From NCBI GenBank assembly GCA_030827475.1, contig JAUREJ010000003.1, positions 6,648-70,647 of the forward strand: 64,000 bases of DNA, in the 5' to 3' direction. How positions within the stretch are numbered: position 1 is the stretch's first letter; every line of letters starts with the position of its first letter. This DNA is from Poseidonia sp. (GTDB lineage: Archaea; Thermoplasmatota; Poseidoniia; Poseidoniales; Poseidoniaceae). The notes under the pieces are model-generated. The model was not told the DNA's origin and did not search any database. It saw only the letters and a list, made by a program, of their open reading frames with translations. The position numbers were made by a program, and so were the translations under genes. Shown here piece by piece: positions 28,078 to 39,345 of this stretch.

Positions 28078-31000
28078 ATGAGGCGCAGTCAAACCACGCT
28101 CCTAACCACCCTCGCAGTCGTTGCGAGTTTACTCTTCATGTCGCAATTTCCTTCAATTTCGAACGTTGCCAACGTTCACCCCGATGACACGACGCAAACG
28201 CCACCTCCCAACACGGATTCGGATGGTGATTTGATTCCTGATGTTCACGAAACGCTCTTTGAAGGTTGGATGAATTGGACTGCACCTGATGGTCGTCCAG
28301 TTGCGATGAAAGGCTTGGACAAGGACGATGCTGTTGATGCTGACACCGACCGGGACCTTGACGGTCTCAACGCCACCGAGGAATTCTGTTGGCCCTATCC
28401 CGCCAACTGCACCGCTCCTGGCTTCCCTCGTGGACTCACCGGCGAACTTGATGAAAACAACGACCGAGTCTACCTTGACCCTCGCATGGCTGACACGGAC
28501 GGCGACGGGATGCCCGATGGGTTTGAGGCGTACATGTGTCAGCGAATGGGCGGATTTGACATCGTGAATTTGAGGTTCATCTGCCCTTCATTCGACCCGT
28601 TGAACGGTAGTGATGTGACCCTGGATTCGGACAACGACGGCTTTGATGTGAACAGGGACGGTGTCATGAGCGAAGCCGAACGTTACACTGCACCCGAAGA
28701 GTATGCACACGGCATGCCGTCAAACTACACCACTGAGCTCGACGGCTTGTGGTGCTTTGCAACCCTTCCCAACGGGGCCCTTCTGAAAAATTGGCCTTAC
28801 ATTTCCTCGGGGGCGAACGCCACGTTCCACAACCTCTTGCCCGCCTGCACCAATCGCGATGTTCCGCATGTTGGTGAAGATTTGTGGCTCGGAACCGACC
28901 CGCTGCTCGATGACTCCGACCGCTACCTCTGGGACGGATTTTCAATCCGGTCGCTTTACCCTTCGTTCGGTGACGGCATTCCCGACGGTTGGGAAGTTCA
29001 CTTCGGCCTCGACCCGCTGAACCGTTCCAACGCCCTTTCAGACCCCGATCGAGACGGCTGGGACGCCAATCGAGACGGTGGTGTTTCCGAGGACCTTTCC
29101 CGCACCTTCACGGCGCTCAAACTCGGTGAAGCCCTCTCGACGCTTGAAGAATACACGGTGCACTACGACAACGGAAACACGGTCTATCCGGGATTGAAAA
29201 CGACTTACGTTGGCGATGAAGAGCCGTTTTCCACCTTCCCGCTGATCTACGATGCAGAAGCCGATGCGCTCTCCGTCTTGCACCATGATGTCCGAGCCCT
29301 CGACGAGCACGATGATACGGTTTATGTCATGACGCGATACGGTATCAGCACGGTCAACGAAGTCGACTCCACCCAATCCCATCAATGGCTGCCGCAGGGC
29401 GTTGAGTTGACCGACGGTTTCCTCGCCCGCTCGAACAACCTGCCCTTCGCTTTGGTGATGGGCACCACCGCCGGTTTTGCCGTCGCCCCTTTGCTGGCAG
29501 ATGGAAGCCTCGGTGCCTTAGCGTCGTGGGATTGGTCACTGACGGGGCATCTGAACGCCATCGCCCCGCTTTCAGGGGATGGCGCCTCGTTGTTCGTCCT
29601 CGGTTTGGCCGATGGTGGTGAGGGCGCGTTGATTGAACTTGGCAACGCTGCCGTGATTTCTGAGACCCATGAACTCGGCATTGGCTTGGTATCAACACTT
29701 GCCGAAGCAAACGCTTCCGTCACCGATATTGAACACGGTTTAGCAGGAGGTGCAACCCTTTCGCTCTTCGTCGGAACGGACCGCGGTCTCCTGGTTGTTG
29801 AAACCGCCTCTGCTCGTGACGAGGCGGTCGGCGAGTGGCGCTTCTTCTACACGCAAGACGATGTGGATCTTCCCCCGAACGTTGACGAAGTTCGAAACCT
29901 CCCTCCCGGTTCGACCGGCAATCCTGCCGAAGTCCGGACCATGATTCTCGACGGCCCAACGTCAAGCAATGCGCAAGTGTTGTGGTTTGGCACCCCTGCC
30001 GGATTGCACAAACTCAACCTCAATGACGATTCCATCGACCACAGCGGCTTGCTCCTCCACCCCGGTGTGGACGGAGCGATGGCGCGGGAAACCAACAGCA
30101 TCCGAAGCATCCATCCTACGGGTGATGAAATCTTGGTGGGTTCGGATTGGGGGCTTTGGGCAGTGGCCGGCGATTACGCCTCGGTCTACGGCCTCCAAGA
30201 CCAAACCCGACTTCCGGGTGAAATCGTCGCCATCACGACATCCGTTGGGGAAGGGAACGTGACCGTCTACGGTGCGGCCTCACCCGGCCAATACGCCAAC
30301 CTCCTTCTCATGGATCCTGGAGCCAACGATTCGGATGCCGACGGCATGCCCGATGGTTGGGAGGTCGTCCACGGATTGGACCCCACCGACCCTTGGGATG
30401 CACTCTACGACAACGACGGAGACGGTCTTGATCTTGACCAATCCGGAGATATGAACCTCGAGCGACTTTGGACGAATCTCGACGAATTCCGATACACGAA
30501 ACTGACTCCCGAAGGCTACAATTCAACCGACCCTCGTGTTGGTGATACCGACGGGGATGGTTTGGGGGACGGAGCCGAATATTTCGGTTTCTTCTTTGAA
30601 CAATCCACCCTCTGGTGCCACTACACCGTTCAGTTGGTCCATGTCTGCGATGATGCGGCAGGTCAAGCCGCCAACGCAACTTACCTCGCTGTAGCGAACG
30701 TCGACAGCCCCACCGACCCTACCAGCGAAGATTCCGACGGTGACGGCATGCCCGACGGCTGGGAAATCCAACACCGACGCTGGGTTGGGACCACCTTCTC
30801 GGGCGGAAACAACTGGAGCCTTGATCCCCTACGAGCCGAAGATGCAAACTGGGATGCTGATGGTGACGGTCTGCCGAACCTCTGCGAATACCAGTGGTCT
30901 GTCGTGCGTCTTATGGGCCTTAACGGCGACCTTTTGGCGGATTACGGTGAATCACCCGAAGCCGTTGCCTCGTGGGCGGTGGCCGACCCGAACCTTATCG

Positions 31001-33828
31001 ATTCAGACGGAGATACCCTTCCCGACGGTTGGGAATCCAAAGGCCTCTGTTCGTGGGACCCTTCTCGTGTAGGCGTGAATCCCCTCAACGGCTCGGATGC
31101 CTTTGAAAATCCTGATGGGGACGGTTACGACATCAATCACGACGGCGTCTTGAGTCAGGATGAAGCCTTTGTGAACTATCTTGAATATCACGTTCGAACC
31201 GACCTTTTCAGTGGCAACATGACGCTCTCCGGGGAGCCTCTGCCCGCAGGCTTTAGCACTCAACTCTTCGACCGCATCGGAGAACTGGGTCAACCCGACG
31301 CCACCTTTGCAGAACGGGCATCGGGTGCCGTGACGTCCGGTCAATCCACCTTCAGCGTCGGAGCAGCCGACCCGTTGAGCTCGGACACCGACCGGGACGG
31401 CATGCCCGACGGCTGGGAAATATGGCACGCACGATGGAACCTGCTCGACGATGCATGGACGCTGAACCCCTTGGACTCCACGGACCGTTGGGACGACGCT
31501 GATAGCGACGGCATGACGAACTGGGAGGAGTACAACGCCATCTCGCCTCTCCTGAGTCAGACGGATGCAAACCGCTCATCCCCGCAATGGTTTGTGACCA
31601 CAATCGGTACAGCCTTTGCGCTTCAACAATGGCCCGGTATTCCAACGGAGGCCTCGTTCGGAGATTTCCTCACGCAAGACCAGATCAACCTCACAGGTTG
31701 GACATCCGACCCCAACAATGTTGACACCGACGGCGATGGTATGCTCGATGGCGTGGAATTGCTCTTCACCTCGTGGAACGTCTCAGCTGCGACATGGACG
31801 CTCAATCCGCTCGTTGCAGGAGACGGTAATTTTGACGGCGACGAAGACGGTCTTATCGACCGGCAAGAATTTGCCCTTGCCACCGAACAACCCGACAACG
31901 GTGTTGAACATCCAAGCGATGCGCCGTTGATGCATGTGGACGGGGATTTCCAACAACCCACGGAAAAAGCCCAGCGCGTGTTCAACATCCTCATCTCAAA
32001 GGAGACGAGAGGCAAGCGTTTGCTGAACGACTTCAACGCCTGGCAGCAGGGTGAACCCCCCAACGCCTTCATTGAGGTTGTTTTGGGAATGACCGACCCC
32101 ACCATCCCCGACACCGACGGTGACGGGATGTACGATGGATTTGAGTATTGGTTCACGTCGTGGGATTTGGACCAAAACCGTTGGTCCATCAACCCGCTCA
32201 TCGACGGTGACGTGAACTTGGATTCGGATCAAGACAGTTTTGATTGCAACGGGGACGGTGAAATCGATGGCAACGAATCCTTCTCGAATCTCAGGGAATG
32301 GGAATCCCGAACATGGGGGAAATTCCTCAACCGGAACACGGTTCCCGTTTCCATGGGCATCATCGATTTCGGCGAAGATGCGATGCTCGCCTATCAGGAA
32401 GAAATGGGATACTCTCTGATTCAAGCCCAATCAGCGCTTTACCAAGACTTTGTTGAGAAAGGTCAAGACTCCGCCGACAGAATGGCGAAGATCAACTCAT
32501 TGGAGAGCGAGAATTTCAACCGAAGTCTTCGGGGCGTTGCTGACCCAACACATCCTGATTCAGACAGTGACGGCATCCCGGATGGTTGGGAATACTGCTA
32601 CGCTATTTTCGGGATGGATGATGCCACAACTCAAAATCACTGGGCAGCCAATCCTCTCAACCCGTGGGACGTGAATTACGACGGTGACCATGACGGATGG
32701 TACGACCGAACCGCGTTTGACATTCCTGCTGTCCAAGGCACGTGGGACGAACGAACCTTTACGCCCTCCGGTGTCATGATTCAAAACGGAATTGGCGACT
32801 TGCCGTTCACGAACGCCATGGAATACGACAACCAAACACGCCCAGATCTCAACGACAGCGACGAGGACAGCCGGACCTTCATCACGGTTGTCGAGAACGG
32901 GGCGGTCGTCTCTCATGAACGGGACTACAATTACTCCGATGGTCGTGAGGTGTTCAAGTACGGCTCAAATCCAAGCGACAACGATACCGACGGTGATATG
33001 CTTCCCGATTGGTACGAATACAAGCTCGGATGGAACGAAAGCAACGACAATTTCAGTTCTTACCTCCAAATTCAGGTCGTTTGGATCGATGTCGCAACCG
33101 GTGGGCCTTGTAGCACATCGACCACATCGTGTTTGCCCCTCTCGCAAGACGGTTCAGGCGGTACCCTGAGTCGCCCTGAGATCGAGATGGCTTGGTTCAC
33201 ATTGAACCCTGCGGATCCAAACGATGCCAACGCCGACCCCGACCAAGATGGAAATTGGGATTGCTCAGGTGCTGGTTGTACGTACGAACCTTACACCAAT
33301 TTCCAGGAGTTCTACGCCATAACGCTCAATGTCTACGCTTCACCGAATGCTGTGAGGTTGAGCGGGTTGACCTACGATGGGTCACCGGTCACCGAAGGCT
33401 GGCAGTTCCGTGCTGCACTCCTCGGCCTCGGCCAGTCGAACGAGTTGGTATTGAACTACTTGAAACTGGACAAATACGCCGGTCCAGACCGTCAATACGG
33501 CTACATTGTGGACGACAAAGATACTGATTTCTTATCGGTTGATCCGAGCGACGACGTGGTGATGATGGCCGGAAACCGGACCGACCAGTGGGAGATTTAC
33601 TACGCAGGATCGCCCAACACTGCTCCTGTACGGAGCGTGGGGGAGCACGAATTCGGTTGGTATTTGCTCGATTTCGACGACGACCATTTGGCCGAAGGTT
33701 CAAACCCGATGAATTGGGATACGGACGGAGATTGGATGAACGATTGGTTCGAGGTTCGGGACGATGAAGAGGACGGTGTCCGAGGAGATTCCTCTCCCAT
33801 CCGATACGACTCCAGACAAACCAGTTAA
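28078..33828 (+). CDS. giant (1917 aa) secreted acidic protein built from many thrombospondin type-3-like Ca-binding repeats (D-x-D-x-DG-x-x-D-G-W-E) plus beta-propeller-like middle region; no C-terminal TM anchor
   Basis: Signal peptide MRRSQTTLLTTLAVVASLLFMSQF; at least 10 copies of DTDGDGMPDGWE-like motifs (e.g. nt 28495, 30336, 30733, 31387, 31726, 32110, 32563, 32986). Confidence 0.85.
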   Translation: MRRSQTTLLTTLAVVASLLFMSQFPSISNVANVHPDDTTQTPPPNTDSDGDLIPDVHETLFEGWMNWTAPDGRPVAMKGLDKDDAVDADTDRDLDGLNATEEFCWPYPANCTAPGFPRGLTGELDENNDRVYLDPRMADTDGDGMPDGFEAYMCQRMGGFDIVNLRFICPSFDPLNGSDVTLDSDNDGFDVNRDGVMSEAERYTAPEEYAHGMPSNYTTELDGLWCFATLPNGALLKNWPYISSGANATFHNLLPACTNRDVPHVGEDLWLGTDPLLDDSDRYLWDGFSIRSLYPSFGDGIPDGWEVHFGLDPLNRSNALSDPDRDGWDANRDGGVSEDLSRTFTALKLGEALSTLEEYTVHYDNGNTVYPGLKTTYVGDEEPFSTFPLIYDAEADALSVLHHDVRALDEHDDTVYVMTRYGISTVNEVDSTQSHQWLPQGVELTDGFLARSNNLPFALVMGTTAGFAVAPLLADGSLGALASWDWSLTGHLNAIAPLSGDGASLFVLGLADGGEGALIELGNAAVISETHELGIGLVSTLAEANASVTDIEHGLAGGATLSLFVGTDRGLLVVETASARDEAVGEWRFFYTQDDVDLPPNVDEVRNLPPGSTGNPAEVRTMILDGPTSSNAQVLWFGTPAGLHKLNLNDDSIDHSGLLLHPGVDGAMARETNSIRSIHPTGDEILVGSDWGLWAVAGDYASVYGLQDQTRLPGEIVAITTSVGEGNVTVYGAASPGQYANLLLMDPGANDSDADGMPDGWEVVHGLDPTDPWDALYDNDGDGLDLDQSGDMNLERLWTNLDEFRYTKLTPEGYNSTDPRVGDTDGDGLGDGAEYFGFFFEQSTLWCHYTVQLVHVCDDAAGQAANATYLAVANVDSPTDPTSEDSDGDGMPDGWEIQHRRWVGTTFSGGNNWSLDPLRAEDANWDADGDGLPNLCEYQWSVVRLMGLNGDLLADYGESPEAVASWAVADPNLIDSDGDTLPDGWESKGLCSWDPSRVGVNPLNGSDAFENPDGDGYDINHDGVLSQDEAFVNYLEYHVRTDLFSGNMTLSGEPLPAGFSTQLFDRIGELGQPDATFAERASGAVTSGQSTFSVGAADPLSSDTDRDGMPDGWEIWHARWNLLDDAWTLNPLDSTDRWDDADSDGMTNWEEYNAISPLLSQTDANRSSPQWFVTTIGTAFALQQWPGIPTEASFGDFLTQDQINLTGWTSDPNNVDTDGDGMLDGVELLFTSWNVSAATWTLNPLVAGDGNFDGDEDGLIDRQEFALATEQPDNGVEHPSDAPLMHVDGDFQQPTEKAQRVFNILISKETRGKRLLNDFNAWQQGEPPNAFIEVVLGMTDPTIPDTDGDGMYDGFEYWFTSWDLDQNRWSINPLIDGDVNLDSDQDSFDCNGDGEIDGNESFSNLREWESRTWGKFLNRNTVPVSMGIIDFGEDAMLAYQEEMGYSLIQAQSALYQDFVEKGQDSADRMAKINSLESENFNRSLRGVADPTHPDSDSDGIPDGWEYCYAIFGMDDATTQNHWAANPLNPWDVNYDGDHDGWYDRTAFDIPAVQGTWDERTFTPSGVMIQNGIGDLPFTNAMEYDNQTRPDLNDSDEDSRTFITVVENGAVVSHERDYNYSDGREVFKYGSNPSDNDTDGDMLPDWYEYKLGWNESNDNFSSYLQIQVVWIDVATGGPCSTSTTSCLPLSQDGSGGTLSRPEIEMAWFTLNPADPNDANADPDQDGNWDCSGAGCTYEPYTNFQEFYAITLNVYASPNAVRLSGLTYDGSPVTEGWQFRAALLGLGQSNELVLNYLKLDKYAGPDRQYGYIVDDKDTDFLSVDPSDDVVMMAGNRTDQWEIYYAGSPNTAPVRSVGEHEFGWYLLDFDDDHLAEGSNPMNWDTDGDWMNDWFEVRDDEEDGVRGDSSPIRYDSRQTS
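30742..30767 (+). repeat. 26-nt exact intragenic DNA repeat gacggcatgcccgacggctgggaaat encoding the DGMPDGWE Ca-binding motif (second copy at 31396..31421); part of a family of degenerate TSP3-repeat coding units
   Basis: Identical strings read at both positions. Confidence 0.8.
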
Positions 33829-33890
33829 CGCCCGCAATCATCTGACCTTGAACCGCATGGTTCAAATCGTAGGTCGGCTGTCTTTAGATT

Positions 33891-36800
33891 ATGCAGGGCG
33901 GCGAACAGCATACACTCGGTACTCGCAGCATTTTCTTGTTGCTGGTCAGCCTCATGTTCCTCACGCCGCTTGGCCCCTTTGCCAACATGATGGTGACCGA
34001 GGCTGATGCGGCTGCGGGCACGCGTCACGTCTACGTGTTCAAAGACGGGTCAACCGAACACATCGCTCTCTACCAAGGAGCCAATCCCGACCTTGGAGCC
34101 ATGGTTGAACTTCCACGAGGTGCTTTGGTGACCGACGTCACCATGACCCTTTCCGGCGCTTCCGCCACGGGATGGTCGCAAGTCGTCGCCGATGACCGCG
34201 TCCACTGGGTTCGTGGCGCTGCGTCCGGGACGGATGATCGCAGCGGAGATTTGACCCTTGCACTCTCCAACGTCACTCGCAACTTCCTCCCGCACGGAAA
34301 CGACGCTTACATCCATCCCAATTCCGATGCGTGGTTGGACAACGGTTCCTATGCCCTCCGCCAACCGCACACTTCCAACGCAACGGAAACCCTCTTCTCC
34401 CAGCAACTGACGAAGACCTCTTCATCGTTTATGGCCCAAAGCCAAGGTGCTATTCTCAAGCATCACGATTGGTTGTTCCTTTCCACGTGGTCGTCTTCGA
34501 ATTTCCACAACGTGGTGGAGCGTCTTTACCCAAACAACGCGACCCGCGAATCGGTCATCACGCTTGAGCAGGCTTCGTGCACCTTGCCTCAGAAACACTC
34601 GTCGTCGTACTACGCCTATTACGGGTTCCGTGATTGGACCGTGACCGATGATGAACGTTTGTTTGGTATTCTCTCCGGATACCGCTACTCCTACGGTTCC
34701 ACGGCTCCTGTCAACTATCATCGCGTGATGGAAATGGACATCTCTCGTGACGACACGTGGACCTGCATTGATTCCTACGACATCTCACCGTCGGTCGGTG
34801 AATACACCGGGATTGCTTACGACCGGGACACCGGTAAGGTTTGGGTGGCGCACAACGCCATGAACCGGCTCTACGCTTACGATTTCGCTGGAGATGGAAC
34901 GTCTACTTACACCCGCAGTCAAGAATTCTACACCTACACCTCGTCCTCCAGTTCAACCTGGGAATGCGGTGGCAGCACGTCGAACAACCAGAAGCAAATG
35001 CTAAGGGGCTTGGAAGTCAACGGCTCGACCTTCTACATGCGATGCCAGAAAGACTACTACTACGACGACCGGGACCAACTTGAGGCCTGGTCGGTTTCGG
35101 GTTCTTCCTCTGCCCTCATTCCCGAGTCAACCGTCCGCCAGATTTCCCGACTTGGGTACGGCTTGCAATTTGACGGCGAGCGCTTTGTCACCGTCGACTG
35201 CGGTTATTCAACGTGGTCCGGTGCCACCCTGTACTACCGCGAGTTTGGAACGGGATGGCTCTACGAAACAACACCGTCGCCGGGAACGACCACGTGGTAC
35301 GGTGACGTGATCAAAACAGGCGACCCCGTTTTGGCTGCGAACGTTCAGACCTACTGGTCAGCAGCTTCCATCGGTGACCGCGTCGACTACTGGGTCTCTG
35401 CTGACAACGGAACACACTGGGAAGAAGTGGAATCCAACTCGACCATTCACTTTGACTACCCCGGTACTGAATTGGTGTGGAAGGCCCAACTCATCGGCTC
35501 CACTGCGGTGTCGTGGTGGGTTGACATGGATTATGCAACGGCCTATTCTTCACAAGGTGATTGGACCTCCCCATACTTCAACACCGGTACCAAGGTCGGA
35601 AAAGTCCGTCCGCAGTGGACCGCAGATGTTCCTGCTGGAGCCACGCTCACGGTCCAAGTCTCAAACGACAACGGAACCACTTGGTTGGACGCTACAAACA
35701 ACGCAGAAACGAGTTTCTCGACCGAAGCAGCCGGGAACACGCTCCGCTATGCCGTGGTGATGGGAACCAACGATGCCACCAAGACGCCCAAACTTGACCG
35801 CTTTGTTCTGGAGTATGAGGAAGGATACCCAGACCGCCCCATGCTTGATGTTGGCGGTGACGGGACGTACGATTGGGAATCCGATATTTTCCTCAACGAG
35901 TCTTCTGTGGTGGCTTCCGATGACTCGCCGGTCGGTGAAATTGTGAAGAGGGCCCCAACCCTTGTGGATGCCTTCAACGACCACATTCCCGAAAACGGGG
36001 ACGGCATGGTGACCATTCCAATTGGCGTGAAGGCAGCAAGTGCTGGCCGTGTGAAAATTTCCAACATCGACATCACCTATGCCATGCAGACACGCGCCGT
36101 GGACGCCTCCTTTGAGGGCGGCCTTGCCGCTCCGGACGGTGTGTTCAGGAACTTCATCACCCGGGTGGCTCCGGGCGACGATGTTGACCGAGTCACGAAG
36201 GCGGTGGTCGCCATCGACCACACCTACGGCGAAAACCCTTCGTTCACCTGGGAGCGAGGCGATGTTTGCTCGGTCAATTCGGACGGTGGTGGCATTGTCA
36301 TCTTTGACGCCACCAACTGCACATCAACGGTCAGTGCCAACGACGTGGTCTCCATTTGGATGCCGACAAAGGTGAACTGGAGCTGGAACGACGAATCGAG
36401 TACGGAAGCCATCATCTCGGTTGAGGACGATTTAGGCCCCTCCGTGAGCCAGTGGATGACCTCGGACATGAAACTGGTGGTTGAGAACGACATCCAACTG
36501 GACGGCCTGCGTGTCTGGGAAGAAACCGGCCGGCAACTCTACCCGATGGATTGGGTCCGTGGAGGTTTCAATCTCAGCTTCACCGGCTCCATCCACTTCC
36601 AAGACTCACAACTCATGCCTCCAGCGGGAAGTTTCTCCCTGCGCGTCATCGGCCAAAACGTGACCTATGATGGCGACCCGATGGGCGAACCCATGGTGCT
36701 CTATGAAGAGGTGAACCCGGCTTTTGGGGCCTACAACATGACCTTCACTTCACCCATTGAATCCGCTCCGGGAGGGATGATTTTCTACGTTCAAGCCGTG

Positions 36801-39338
36801 AACCTTGAAAACGGCTCAACCTTCACCAACCCCACCTACAACAGCATTCGATTGATTCTCGACGGCAATTCTCCACTCGTGCTCAGCGCTACCCCGCTCG
36901 ATGGTACTGAACGCCATGCTGGTGCTCCCGGGGTCGGTCAAGCTGTTTCCATTGTGGTCCAAGATTCGGTTGACCCGCCGCGCCAACTGAACCTTCACTA
37001 CTGGGTTGGATGCAAGGCAAGCGATGCCATCGGTTGCACGGATTACAACTTTGATGGGCTCCCCAACGAAGACGAGTACGAATTGGTCACCCTCTCCTCG
37101 CCGGAAACACGTACCGGTGGCCTCAACATCTTCGAAGGTTTGATCGACGATTCCATGCTTCTGCATCGCCAGCGAGTTTCGTTTTACGTCTCTGGCGAAG
37201 ACGAGCAAGACAACCAGATTGCGATGGGCAAAGGACCCGTTTGTCCAGTCTCGACCATCACCTGCGGCTCACGGCCGGGTGAAGTGGTTCCCGATTGGGA
37301 TGCAGATTTGGTCACCTACCACATTCGTCAAGAATTTGAACCCGAGGTCGACCTTGGCAACACCTCAATCCTTGGGCATGACGACTACGAACCCCTCCAT
37401 CCAGGCATCCCTTACACGGCGCAAATCAAGTTGAGCGACACGAATGGATGGCAGGACATTCAGTATGTTCAAGTCGCCCTTGGAGGCGATTTCGACGACG
37501 ACGAATCCTCGTTGTTCATCTCCCTTGCCGAAGGGCAAGACGGTCATCCCAAAGCGGTGATGACCCCGGGCTCGAGCAACATCGCAGTCTCCAACCTGTA
37601 TTCCACGGTTGCACTGGAGGAAGGTGACGACTCCGTAGTGGTCATTCAAGCACGCTTCCAGTTGACATGGATGTTCCCCGAATCCTTCGATACAAACGGT
37701 GTCAGTCACTTCCTCCCCCGTGTCAAAGTGACCGATATGCCTTGCAACGAGAACGAGGTAACACCTTGTTTCGAGATCATGGAAGGGATGGGCGACGATT
37801 GGTGGAGCCTAGACAACGATTTCCGCTTTGATACGGAAGCAGGACACATTCGGGCAATTGAACTTCGGAACAGCGAGAATCACTACAACGAAGAAAATTC
37901 GGAAACCATCATCGGAGCAGGTCAAGCCCTCCGTGTTTCAGGGCGGGTCTTGTTTTCAGAAGACGAAACTCCAGCCCCTCCCGGTTCCTTTGATGTCGTG
38001 TTTGGAGATTTCGAAAACAACTGGAGGACCTCGACACGGGATGACGGTGAGTTCAGTCTCGATTTGCTTGTTCCTTCTGTCCGTTCAGGCCGCTTGGACC
38101 TCCGCTTGAGCATGGATGATCTGCCCGGTTTGGCCCTTGATGAGAGCGAATTTTCGCCTCGGGTCCGCCTCGCTGTTGACAGTTCACGGCCAACCATTGA
38201 CAGCATCTCTCTCGGTGGAGTGCCCGTTGGTTCCCCGATCTCAATCGGGGCTGCTGACAACCTCGAGGTGATTCTTGTCACCAATGACGAAAACGGGTTT
38301 GACTTCGATGAATCCGCTGTCCTTCACTATCGCGTGAGGGCCGGTGAAGCAGAGATTTCTCGGGGAAGCGTTCTGCTTCCCGACATCACCAGTTTCGGCC
38401 AGGAGTACTTCTGGAGCGGCAGGTTGGATTTGACGGATTCAGGCGCAACGACGCTGCTGCCGTCCTACGCCGTTGATGTTTGGGTTTCGGGCTCGGACAA
38501 AGCCGGAAACCCCTTCGACACCCTCGACAATTCGATGATGGAACCGTTTGCCTCATGGCCGCTTGCACTGCTCGGTCCTCGCATTGATTTGCAGCACGAA
38601 GCGTCCAATCTTCAGTGGGACATTCCGTCTCCTTACGAAGGCGAAACTGCAACGTTGGTCGTTGAAACCGAGAACCTTGGCGGAAACGGCTTGGTTGAGT
38701 ACGCCCTTCAAAAATTGGTTGAGGGTGGATTCTGGTCCACCGTTCAAACCGTCAGCGTTGAAGCGACAGCTGGAGCGACCGTGACGGCTGCCCTGCCGGT
38801 GACTCCCGAGGAAAGGGCTGGGTCAACCATCGAGTACCGAGTGTTGGTCTTGGTAGACGGGGTTGAGATGGATCGTGCTATCGTCGCCTCGTTGTTCATC
38901 AAAGAAGAAACGGTTCGTGACGGAGAAGCGCTCACGCAACAGCTCTCCAGCGATGTCTTCAGCGTGACGTTGTTCGTCATCGCTTTGGCTTCCGTTTCTT
39001 TCGGAATGTACGCCCTCGTGCTTCGTCGTCGTTTGCTCGCTCCTGAAACGGAGGAAGAAATGGCGGATCAAACGGATGTGGTGGCCGAAGAGATGGCTGC
39101 AGGGAAGACAGTTCCAACGATACAGGCTCCGCCTGCTCCGCCGGCTCCGGCAGGGCAGGTGCCGCCACCGCCTCCGGGTGCGAAGGTCCCACCAGCTCCT
39201 CAACAAGCACCGGCAGCACCCGGCCCTGACCGAAGTTCCCCCCCTCCCGTACCCCCAACAGGGCTTCCTGAGGGATGGACCCAAGAACAGTGGGACTCTT
39301 ACGGTTGGAAGTACATTGATGCCCTCGCCAAGAAGTGA
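33891..39338 (+). CDS. giant (1815 aa) cell-surface protein: signal peptide, long beta-rich extracellular domain, C-terminal TM helix (VFSVTLFVIALASVSFGMYALVL+RRR) and proline-rich cytoplasmic tail (PPAPPAPAGQVPPPPPGAKVPPAP ... PEGWTQEQWDSYGW)
   Basis: Uninterrupted ORF; topology read from hydrophobic segments. Confidence 0.8.
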   Translation: MQGGEQHTLGTRSIFLLLVSLMFLTPLGPFANMMVTEADAAAGTRHVYVFKDGSTEHIALYQGANPDLGAMVELPRGALVTDVTMTLSGASATGWSQVVADDRVHWVRGAASGTDDRSGDLTLALSNVTRNFLPHGNDAYIHPNSDAWLDNGSYALRQPHTSNATETLFSQQLTKTSSSFMAQSQGAILKHHDWLFLSTWSSSNFHNVVERLYPNNATRESVITLEQASCTLPQKHSSSYYAYYGFRDWTVTDDERLFGILSGYRYSYGSTAPVNYHRVMEMDISRDDTWTCIDSYDISPSVGEYTGIAYDRDTGKVWVAHNAMNRLYAYDFAGDGTSTYTRSQEFYTYTSSSSSTWECGGSTSNNQKQMLRGLEVNGSTFYMRCQKDYYYDDRDQLEAWSVSGSSSALIPESTVRQISRLGYGLQFDGERFVTVDCGYSTWSGATLYYREFGTGWLYETTPSPGTTTWYGDVIKTGDPVLAANVQTYWSAASIGDRVDYWVSADNGTHWEEVESNSTIHFDYPGTELVWKAQLIGSTAVSWWVDMDYATAYSSQGDWTSPYFNTGTKVGKVRPQWTADVPAGATLTVQVSNDNGTTWLDATNNAETSFSTEAAGNTLRYAVVMGTNDATKTPKLDRFVLEYEEGYPDRPMLDVGGDGTYDWESDIFLNESSVVASDDSPVGEIVKRAPTLVDAFNDHIPENGDGMVTIPIGVKAASAGRVKISNIDITYAMQTRAVDASFEGGLAAPDGVFRNFITRVAPGDDVDRVTKAVVAIDHTYGENPSFTWERGDVCSVNSDGGGIVIFDATNCTSTVSANDVVSIWMPTKVNWSWNDESSTEAIISVEDDLGPSVSQWMTSDMKLVVENDIQLDGLRVWEETGRQLYPMDWVRGGFNLSFTGSIHFQDSQLMPPAGSFSLRVIGQNVTYDGDPMGEPMVLYEEVNPAFGAYNMTFTSPIESAPGGMIFYVQAVNLENGSTFTNPTYNSIRLILDGNSPLVLSATPLDGTERHAGAPGVGQAVSIVVQDSVDPPRQLNLHYWVGCKASDAIGCTDYNFDGLPNEDEYELVTLSSPETRTGGLNIFEGLIDDSMLLHRQRVSFYVSGEDEQDNQIAMGKGPVCPVSTITCGSRPGEVVPDWDADLVTYHIRQEFEPEVDLGNTSILGHDDYEPLHPGIPYTAQIKLSDTNGWQDIQYVQVALGGDFDDDESSLFISLAEGQDGHPKAVMTPGSSNIAVSNLYSTVALEEGDDSVVVIQARFQLTWMFPESFDTNGVSHFLPRVKVTDMPCNENEVTPCFEIMEGMGDDWWSLDNDFRFDTEAGHIRAIELRNSENHYNEENSETIIGAGQALRVSGRVLFSEDETPAPPGSFDVVFGDFENNWRTSTRDDGEFSLDLLVPSVRSGRLDLRLSMDDLPGLALDESEFSPRVRLAVDSSRPTIDSISLGGVPVGSPISIGAADNLEVILVTNDENGFDFDESAVLHYRVRAGEAEISRGSVLLPDITSFGQEYFWSGRLDLTDSGATTLLPSYAVDVWVSGSDKAGNPFDTLDNSMMEPFASWPLALLGPRIDLQHEASNLQWDIPSPYEGETATLVVETENLGGNGLVEYALQKLVEGGFWSTVQTVSVEATAGATVTAALPVTPEERAGSTIEYRVLVLVDGVEMDRAIVASLFIKEETVRDGEALTQQLSSDVFSVTLFVIALASVSFGMYALVLRRRLLAPETEEEMADQTDVVAEEMAAGKTVPTIQAPPAPPAPAGQVPPPPPGAKVPPAPQQAPAAPGPDRSSPPPVPPTGLPEGWTQEQWDSYGWKYIDALAKK

Positions 39339-39345
39339 GGATTGA

